IMG/VR virus record: IMGVR_UViG_3300046534_001361
Span: 1-64,000 of that record
From: a virus
Reading direction: 5' to 3' (one strand)
DNA length: 64,000 nucleotides
Shown here piece after piece: positions 57,923 to 64,000 of this stretch (its first letter is position 1; every line of letters begins with the position of its first letter). Both the position numbers and the translations under genes were made by a program. Under the pieces are notes generated by a model. It ran no database searches. It worked only from the letters and a program-made list of their open reading frames with translations, and was not told the DNA's origin.

Positions 57923-58707
57923 AATTTACCGCCCTGAAATGGCCCTGTTGCCATTTTCATGTTCATTGGTGTTGATTGCTGGCTTTGCGTGAATTTCTGA
58001 TTGGCAGTGTTTCTGCCAATAAATTCCTCAACTTTACCGGCGTTCCTAAATATCAGATCAATTGAGTTGAAAACCGTTCCAGAATCATTTTTACCCATGT
58101 GATAATCAGATTTTTTACAGCCTCTGATTGCCTCGATCAGCTGATCAGGGGTAAAACCCTCTTTCAATCGGGCCTCAATTTTTGATCTCCGATCTTTGGT
58201 TAGTTTGGAACTGCTCTTGCCCATAATTTCTTGCCAGCGGCTAAAGACAAATTCACAGTCAGTTTTAATAACAATTTTTAATTCCTCAATAGTGTTCGGA
58301 TCACTTTTAAGTTCATTGTTAAGTTCATTGTTAGGATCGTCCGCAGATTCTGCGGGGGTGTGGTGCAGATTCTGCGGGGGTGTGGTGCAGATTCTGCGGG
58401 GGTGTGGTGCAGATTCTGCGGGGGTTGGCTGATCGTGCAGCTCGATCTCAATGCTTTTTAATGTGTAAATACTACTTGTTCCAGCACGTTCTTTGATGTT
58501 TAAAAAGCCGTCTTTTTCCAGTGTTTTTACATGGCCTTGGAATGCCCTTTCAGACATCGAACAGTTGCCAGCCATTTTAGGTATCGAGTACCAACTAACG
58601 CCGTCGTCGTTTGAATTATTAGCTAGCTGCAATAGAGTTAATTTTAATGGAGCTTTTTTTATTTCTTGTTCCCACGCCCAAAAAGTCCATTTAGCTGACA
58701 TTGGCAT
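57919..58707 (-). CDS. Replication initiator (lambda O-like, N-terminal HTH)
   Basis: KLTLLQLANNSNDDGVSWYS..MA..C.MSER HTH; internal iterons; RRSKIEARLKEGF C-terminal domain. Confidence 0.9.
   Translation of the reverse strand: MPMSAKWTFWAWEQEIKKAPLKLTLLQLANNSNDDGVSWYSIPKMAGNCSMSERAFQGHVKTLEKDGFLNIKERAGTSSIYTLKSIEIELHDQPTPAESAPHPRRICTTPPQNLHHTPAESADDPNNELNNELKSDPNTIEELKIVIKTDCEFVFSRWQEIMGKSSSKLTKDRRSKIEARLKEGFTPDQLIEAIRGCKKSDYHMGKNDSGTVFNSIDLIFRNAGKVEEFIGRNTANQKFTQSQQSTPMNMKMATGPFQGGKL
58343..58425. repeat. Replication origin iterons
   Basis: GCAGATTCTGCGGGGGTGTGGT x3 plus a 17 bp fourth copy, each with a GCAGA-T-TCTGC palindrome; adjacent AAGTTCATTGTT x2. Confidence 0.9.
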
Positions 58708-59329
58708 TTCCTTCTTCGTAGCCTGTGGATTTTAATATAGCCAATCTGACCGCCTCATCATTGTTGTTAAGAACATCCGCAAGCAGCGCTATGTCATTAT
58801 GCAGTTTACTTCTTAATTTTAACTGCATAACAGTGGCCTCTTCCCAACAAGTAACTCCGCAAGCCAGTTTTATTTTTGAGGCTACGCTTGTTATTGTTTT
58901 TGGGAAATCTGTTTTTCTTGTTTCCCTGACAAAAAGCGCACCGCACATTTTCTTGTAACTGTCCCCACTTTCATTTCGATGCTTAATAAGGCTATCAAAT
59001 ATCCATTCATAAGTTTCAATTTTTAACTTGGGGCTAATGGCTAGCGCCATGTCAATAAATAAAAGTGGGTGTAGCCAAGTGTGGGCGCCTCTGCCTCGCG
59101 CTGATTTTTTCACTTTGTCCTTACCAAACTTTATTTGAAGCTCAGATACAAACTCCTTAGTGCCCTTGTTTTGTAACCAAGCCTTCATCACAAAAAGCGG
59201 CATTGAATTTACTGCCCGCCAAGAATTGCCAAGCTTAACTAAGTCGGTTGCGCTAAACATCTCTGTTTTGCTGTGCTGCGTTATATGTCCGCCTAGTAGC
59301 GGTCTTTGCATTAGTGTTACTGTCTTCAT
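58691..59329 (-). CDS. KilA-N domain protein
   Basis: MFSATDL...WLQNKGTKEF...RGRGAHTWLHPLLFIDMA. Confidence 0.85.
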   Translation of the reverse strand: MKTVTLMQRPLLGGHITQHSKTEMFSATDLVKLGNSWRAVNSMPLFVMKAWLQNKGTKEFVSELQIKFGKDKVKKSARGRGAHTWLHPLLFIDMALAISPKLKIETYEWIFDSLIKHRNESGDSYKKMCGALFVRETRKTDFPKTITSVASKIKLACGVTCWEEATVMQLKLRSKLHNDIALLADVLNNNDEAVRLAILKSTGYEEGNANVS

Positions 59330-59521
59330 GAATACTCACTTAGGGGTTGTTAATATCCTTAATAATATCACCCTTTTATTAAACCGTCAATAATATTGAG
59401 GATTTATAGGCGGGTTTATTTTTAATGAAATTTAACACTCTATTATTTTGACGTGCTTACTTTTGCTAGGGGGTTTTTATTGGGAGTAATTCAATCAGGG
59501 GTCGATATTTTAATTACAAGG

Positions 59522-59557
59522 ATCTTTAATATTAAACCTGAGTTTAATATTAAAGAT
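59522..59557. repeat. 16 bp-arm inverted repeat
   Basis: ATCTTTAATATTAAAC-CTGA-GTTTAATATTAAAGAT. Confidence 0.8.
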
Positions 59558-59569
59558 TTCATTTTAGCC

Positions 59570-59824
59570 TTACTGGTTAATCAATGATCCTTGACTCGCC
59601 AATCGCTCTAAAACATCAACAAACCCGCGCATACATTCAACATTACCGATCATTTTATCAACGCTAAACTTATCAATAATGTCTTGCTCTAAATAACCTG
59701 CACCGCCATTTTTAAACAGTAACGTATCACCCTCGTAAATAGGATTGCCGCGCGAGTCTATTAATGTTGTATTCCGTTTCATTTCTAATAATTGTTCAAG
59801 CTCACTTTCTGGTAAATTATTCAT
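59570..59824 (-). CDS. Hypothetical protein with YopX-like motif
   Basis: TTLIDSRGNPIYEGD resembles the YopX TGL.D.NG.EIYEGD motif. Confidence 0.55.
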   Translation of the reverse strand: MNNLPESELEQLLEMKRNTTLIDSRGNPIYEGDTLLFKNGGAGYLEQDIIDKFSVDKMIGNVECMRGFVDVLERLASQGSLINQ

Positions 59825-59827
59825 GAT

Positions 59828-60073
59828 TTACCCCTCGATCTTATCAGTGTTATTGCTCAAAACTCTGGTATAAATAACTTTCCTATTTACCTGAATTTCA
59901 ATCTCAAGACCCAGATCCTCAAGAATTCTTTTTGTTGGGTTGGCCCTGCCACAGGTTACCGATGAAATAAAGGAAGCTGATACACCAAGATGTTTAGCGT
60001 ACTTACCTTGATTTGAACCGTGGTTGGCAGCAATGTAAATTCTGAGTTCTTTTGCAAAGTTAACTTCTGACAT
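59828..60073 (-). CDS. Cro-like HTH regulator
   Basis: NQGKYAKHLGVSASFISSVTCGRANP; first gene of the replication operon. Confidence 0.75.
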   Translation of the reverse strand: MSEVNFAKELRIYIAANHGSNQGKYAKHLGVSASFISSVTCGRANPTKRILEDLGLEIEIQVNRKVIYTRVLSNNTDKIEG

Positions 60074-60246
60074 ATTTATTCCTATTTGGTTTTTATATAC
60101 CTTAGCATTTAACCAACAAGTTAACCAGATAATTATTTAATTAATTACAAGAAATGAACTAAAATTTAGTTGTGATTGAGGTTTGACTGTGCTAAGATGG
60201 AATCTAAATAAATTGCTACAACGACAATTAAAACAGGTGAAGAACG

Positions 60247-60903
60247 ATGAACAAATTACAAAAAGAAACGGCAATCGAACTGATGAAAGGCCACCAGGTT
60301 GCTGATCTAATTCAACAGGGAGATTGGTTTAACCCAATTTCCGGCGTAGGCTGCTGTTACGGGTGCATGATGCAAACGGATGATAACGCGCTAGAAAAAG
60401 CAGCGGTATTTATGGGCGTACCCCTTTGGTTCGTTTATCTGTCAGAAGCTGTGTTCGAGGGATTGCCGGAAGAAGATTCTATCTTTTTTCCGGTACAATT
60501 GCTGCAATTGATCCCGGTCGATACCGATTTAACCCCAGTCCTGCATTTAACGGCAATTGCCCGGTTAACGCCGCTAGCGGCGTTAACAACGGGTGAAGTG
60601 AAATCTTGCATCAATGCGGTGATTGATTTACACAAGGATTGGGAGAATGCAACAATTGAAATGTGGAGGGCCGCGCAGAAAGCAGCACACAAAGCATGGT
60701 TAGAATGTCCAGTGTTTACAGCCGCAGAGTCAGCCGCAAAGTCAGCGGCATATTCGGCGGGATTGTCAGCAGAGTCAGTATATTCGGTATGTTCGGGGGC
60801 ATGGTCAGCACTTTCAGCACTTTCAGCACGGGGTTCAGGAGGCATATCGCCAAGGGAACAGGAGCGGGATAATTTATTTGCAGCCCTGCGCAGTATCAGT
60901 TAA
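60247..60903 (+). CDS. Conserved phage hypothetical protein with SAA-repeat tail, copy 2
   Basis: Inverted near-identical paralogue of 19190-19951. Confidence 0.85.
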   Translation: MNKLQKETAIELMKGHQVADLIQQGDWFNPISGVGCCYGCMMQTDDNALEKAAVFMGVPLWFVYLSEAVFEGLPEEDSIFFPVQLLQLIPVDTDLTPVLHLTAIARLTPLAALTTGEVKSCINAVIDLHKDWENATIEMWRAAQKAAHKAWLECPVFTAAESAAKSAAYSAGLSAESVYSVCSGAWSALSALSARGSGGISPREQERDNLFAALRSIS

Positions 60904-60944
60904 ATCTAAATTAAACAATAAATAAATCTAATTCGGTAATTATA

Positions 60945-61166
60945 ATGTTGGTAAATAATTGGAATGAAGTAGTGTTTTTACTTTTGCTGGCTTTTTGTTT
61001 TATGATATTTTTTTTATCTCTTTGTGCATGTGCGTACATTTCATATAAGTCATTTCTTGGTGATCATCAATTCACCTGCCAGGCTGAAAAAAATAGGCAG
61101 GGAGACACTGCAATTATAAAGGTGATGATTCTATTTATTGGAACATTTATTTTAAGCCAAATTTAA
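60945..61166 (+). CDS. Small membrane protein
   Basis: Two hydrophobic segments. Confidence 0.5.
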   Translation: MLVNNWNEVVFLLLLAFCFMIFFLSLCACAYISYKSFLGDHQFTCQAEKNRQGDTAIIKVMILFIGTFILSQI

Positions 61167-61205
61167 ATATATCATTTTCTAGCCCCCTACATAAAGGTGA
61201 TCATC

Positions 61206-61385
61206 ATGGCAACTACATCATTCAACAAAAACTTTGTTGTAACAGATCAAACTAGTATAAAAAACTTAGCAAAAGATCTTCTTACGCCACATAAAATTGT
61301 AATTAATAAACGTGATTATCAAACTGATAAAGTTAAAGGTATCGAACTATTAAAACAACGATTGCTCAGCTTAAAGGCTTGCTAA
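61206..61385 (+). CDS. Small antitoxin-like protein
   Basis: MATTSFNKNFVV...KGIELLKQRL resembles, from memory, small proteins encoded upstream of GNAT-type toxins. Confidence 0.45.
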   Translation: MATTSFNKNFVVTDQTSIKNLAKDLLTPHKIVINKRDYQTDKVKGIELLKQRLLSLKAC

Positions 61386-61845
61386 AAGCATTTAATAAAG
61401 AAGTATTTTAAGTTAAACAATAACTCAAAACATAGGGAAATACCTTACTAATGATCAAACGAGACTAAGAACTAATTTGAGGCGTTGATAAAATGATCGT
61501 TTATCCTGGCATCATAGGCACTAGCAAAGGGTCTCGATTATTTTTTAGGTTGCCTGTCTTGAATGACACCTAGTGCGCATAAATCATAAACCCGATAACT
61601 AATTTGAAATAAATAGATTTAAAAATTGCAGTGTTATATAAGTATCTGTATAGTACGTAATGTAAACTAATATAGTATGAACAAACTATATTAATTATAC
61701 AGCATTATATTCCTGCAAATTTCACCTTACGCGAACTTATTAACTTTCAATAAGTCAAAATGTAAAAAACATATACTACCAACATGGAAAGCATAAGAAC
61801 CTTATAGTGGTATGTCATATTTTAAGAATAAATAGAGGATCTAAA

Positions 61846-62139
61846 ATGAAGTCATTCAATAACGCTTTCGAGTTGTTAACAGACGATGTCAAAGAGATAG
61901 AAAACTACACAATGCGTTCAAACATGATGAATGCGATCGTTGATTTAATTAAGGAGAAAGATTGGACACAAAAAGAAGCAGCTAAACACTTAGATGTGTC
62001 ACAGCCGCGCATTAGCAACCTGAAGAACGGGAAAGTAAGTAAGTTTTCAGTTGATATGCTAATAGGGATGTTAGCTAAGCTAGGTTTTACCTTTGAATTT
62101 AACTACACCCCCACAAAGCAAGCCGACATTAATTTATAA
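61846..62139 (+). CDS. XRE/HTH_37 (HigA-like) protein
   Basis: WTQKEAAKHLDVSQPRISNLKNGKVSKFSVDMLIGML; GAGGA RBS before ATG 61846. Confidence 0.85.
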   Translation: MKSFNNAFELLTDDVKEIENYTMRSNMMNAIVDLIKEKDWTQKEAAKHLDVSQPRISNLKNGKVSKFSVDMLIGMLAKLGFTFEFNYTPTKQADINL

Positions 62140-62158
62140 GTAAATAACGGGAATTAAC

Positions 62159-62578
62159 ATGAATAACGAACTTAACAAAAAGTACCTTTTCGCTCTGTGT
62201 GAATTTATAAAAAATAAAGAGGAAATGGAAGAATTCAAATTGGAATCAATACAGTCTGGATTGCTAACTAAACAGGATTGTTCAAATTTTGAGTGCTCTG
62301 ATCAACCACTGCCATTGACTAACTATCCTGGTTCCGTTGAAGGTCCAATGAAAAAAATTACTCATTTTATGGAACTCAACCCGGACTATGCGCACTCCTG
62401 GACGGCCAATATTGCAATGCTGATGTTTGACGAGGGCGTTAGCCATCATTCAGCAAATCAGCGGGCATCTAGGTTTGTTGCTCGCGTGTTTGATTTATCG
62501 TTTATTCCGGAGCAGCCAGAGCGGGCTAACGATAATGCAATAAACACGCCGGCGGTTACAATGGAATTATCCACATAA
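62159..62578 (+). CDS. Hypothetical phage protein
   Basis: PDYAHSWTANIAM...ANQRASRF motif. Confidence 0.7.
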   Translation: MNNELNKKYLFALCEFIKNKEEMEEFKLESIQSGLLTKQDCSNFECSDQPLPLTNYPGSVEGPMKKITHFMELNPDYAHSWTANIAMLMFDEGVSHHSANQRASRFVARVFDLSFIPEQPERANDNAINTPAVTMELST

Positions 62579-62580
62579 TT

Positions 62581-62630
62581 CAAACCAATTAGATTTAAAG
62601 ATTGCATCTTACGGTTAATGTGTTAATATA
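62581..62630 (+). promoter_or_regulatory. Copy of the cassette promoter
   Basis: AAACCAATTAGATTTAAAGATTGCATC...TGTGTTAATAT. Confidence 0.75.
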
Positions 62631-62677
62631 CCCTCAATGAAGCAAAACATACGTTTTGCGATTTGAGGCCACACAAA

Positions 62678-62965
62678 ATGAATAAAATTGATCAAACTGG
62701 ATTTACAGTGCTGTACACTCAAGAGCAGATTGATACGCTAGTAAATTTTGCTGTAATGTCGGTTTTCATGCCGATATGTCCAAAAATACTTGCCATTCAA
62801 ATGGCACGTTCATGGAGTAGCGAACTTAGCGTCCAACTTGACATGCTTAGCATTGTTGAATACGCGGTAAATATAGGTAAGCTTAATAAAATCTCTTTTA
62901 AATGCAACACCGGATTATCTGTTCGACATATGATTGTGTTGCCAGGATTCCACATTGTTGATTAA
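62678..62965 (+). CDS. Hypothetical protein
   Basis: GAGG RBS before ATG 62678; downstream of the cassette promoter. Confidence 0.6.
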   Translation: MNKIDQTGFTVLYTQEQIDTLVNFAVMSVFMPICPKILAIQMARSWSSELSVQLDMLSIVEYAVNIGKLNKISFKCNTGLSVRHMIVLPGFHIVD

Positions 62966-63203
62966 AACACTATTTGATATATAGTGTTTTACTTTATTCG
63001 TTTAGACGGGTTATAAATTTAACGTCAAAAAATAGCGAAGGATGTTAAAATGATTAGAAAAAATATTAAAATCTCAGGAAGAAAAGTTAAAGAATTTAAT
63101 AAAACCCAGCCTGAAATCCATTTAACTAATGAGTATATAAATGGTAGGCAAGTTATGCCCGTAATTAAACAAATTACAGTCAGAGATTGTTTACTGCCAA
63201 AAA

Positions 63204-63476
63204 TTGGTGTTCGATGTGGATAGTTTGGTTTTTATTATTTTTCTGTTTACATTGTCATCCACATTAATTGGCCTGGCATTTCTTTTCCTTTTTAAAGAAA
63301 AAATAAATAACGAATCAATGGAGCGTCAAGTTTTTCTTGCTGTAAAGAATGTGATATCTGATTTAAATATAAGGTTTGATGATACTGATCAAATCACAGC
63401 AGTAAATCTTAAAAAGATTCTAATGGATATTGAAAAAGGCAGGGCAGTTGACATAAAGCGATCAGTTAATCGCTGA
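63204..63476 (+). CDS. Membrane-anchored hypothetical protein
   Basis: N-terminal TM helix. Confidence 0.55.
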   Translation: MVFDVDSLVFIIFLFTLSSTLIGLAFLFLFKEKINNESMERQVFLAVKNVISDLNIRFDDTDQITAVNLKKILMDIEKGRAVDIKRSVNR

Positions 63477-63618
63477 TTTAATTAAAGCGCCAGCATACCG
63501 GCGCTAACAACCTACAACTTAACTACAGCTGTCATTAACCTACCATCCTTTAAGTCTAGGATGGTAGGCAGCAATAATTTGTACAGTAAACAATTGTATA
63601 ATAACAGGATAAATTATA

Positions 63619-63798
63619 ATGAGTAAAGCAACAGAATGGTCCGACTACGGTCAGGTAATGTTCGAAGAGAAACATTGGAAGCAAGTTCTAAAAAATAGGT
63701 CGGCTGTCGGTTGTCGTGGTAATGGTCCAGGGTCCACCGAAGAAGCCCTAGACAAGTTGAGAAAAGCCCGAGAAAAAGCCGCCTTTTACCGACGGTAA
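63619..63798 (+). CDS. Small hypothetical protein (59 aa)
   Basis: AGGA RBS; MSKATEWSDYG...FYRR*; below the ORF track cutoff. Confidence 0.55.
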   Translation: MSKATEWSDYGQVMFEEKHWKQVLKNRSAVGCRGNGPGSTEEALDKLRKAREKAAFYRR

Positions 63799-64000
63799 TA
63801 CTGAAGTTTTTTAATTAACTGCCTACCGATGTGCTCAGTGTAAATAGGGGGGATAGCCTGAGCCAATTCTTTCTGACCCAGCCAATCAATGCCCATTGCT
63901 GCCTGTGCAAATTTAACGCCGGAAAAATTTCAGACTACATGCATAAATTTCCCCTCTTCAGGTGGCCGCCCCATTTTAACATTTTTTGCGGTATGCTTGT
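63786..64000 (-). pseudogene. 3' end of a phage DNA cytosine methyltransferase-like gene with an in-frame TGA
   Basis: KMGRPPEEGKFMHVV*NFSGVKFAQAAMGIDWLGQKELAQAIPPIYTEHIGRQL; stop at 63930-63932 where homologues have Gly as I recall them. Confidence 0.7.

Noticed and set aside
58343-58425. CRISPR array
   Set aside because: The 22 bp units are contiguous with no spacers and lie inside the replication initiator gene, as iterons do.
63930-63932. Genome-wide TGA recoding
   Set aside because: All long genes are intact in the standard code and several end at coupled ATGA/TTGA junctions; the two in-frame TGAs seen fit pseudogenisation.

Overview
The whole window is part of a tailed-phage genome (siphovirus-type, AT-rich; a marine gammaproteobacterial host is my inference). 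From 1 to 18.9 kb the minus strand carries the virion module: a >1143-aa tail fibre missed by the ORF track, tail tip proteins, tape measure, frameshifted tail chaperones, tail tube, head-tail connectors, P22-type coat, scaffold, portal and MuF. The terminase pair (28.4-30.6 kb) is separated from this module by a 9.5 kb accessory island. An IbrA/IbrB/SNF2 block (33.9-38.8 kb) sits on the remnant of a cassette gene. The 39-52 kb accessory region holds the anti-CBASS gene acb2, a GNAT, a holin, an Ntn protease and two tandem-HTH repeat proteins. A lambdoid replication/nin region (Cro-like, KilA-N, O-like initiator with iterons, DnaC, DnaB, MT-A70, NinG) lies at 52-60 kb, followed by apparently orphan antitoxin-like genes. 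No integrase, CI, reverse transcriptase, tRNA or CRISPR array was recognised. The most striking structure is a dispersed cassette system. Six mosaic Imm5-like paralogues (plus one remnant) have a hypervariable (GCT)n-derived Ala/Tyr/Asn tail and are framed by a conserved ~150 bp stem-loop + promoter + leader junction, which also carries unrelated genes. The genome shows other internal copying: a tape-measure fragment inside an accessory gene, a 34 bp intergenic snippet inside a duplicated gene, and shuffled HTH modules. Family assignments come from motif recognition by eye; no database search was run.
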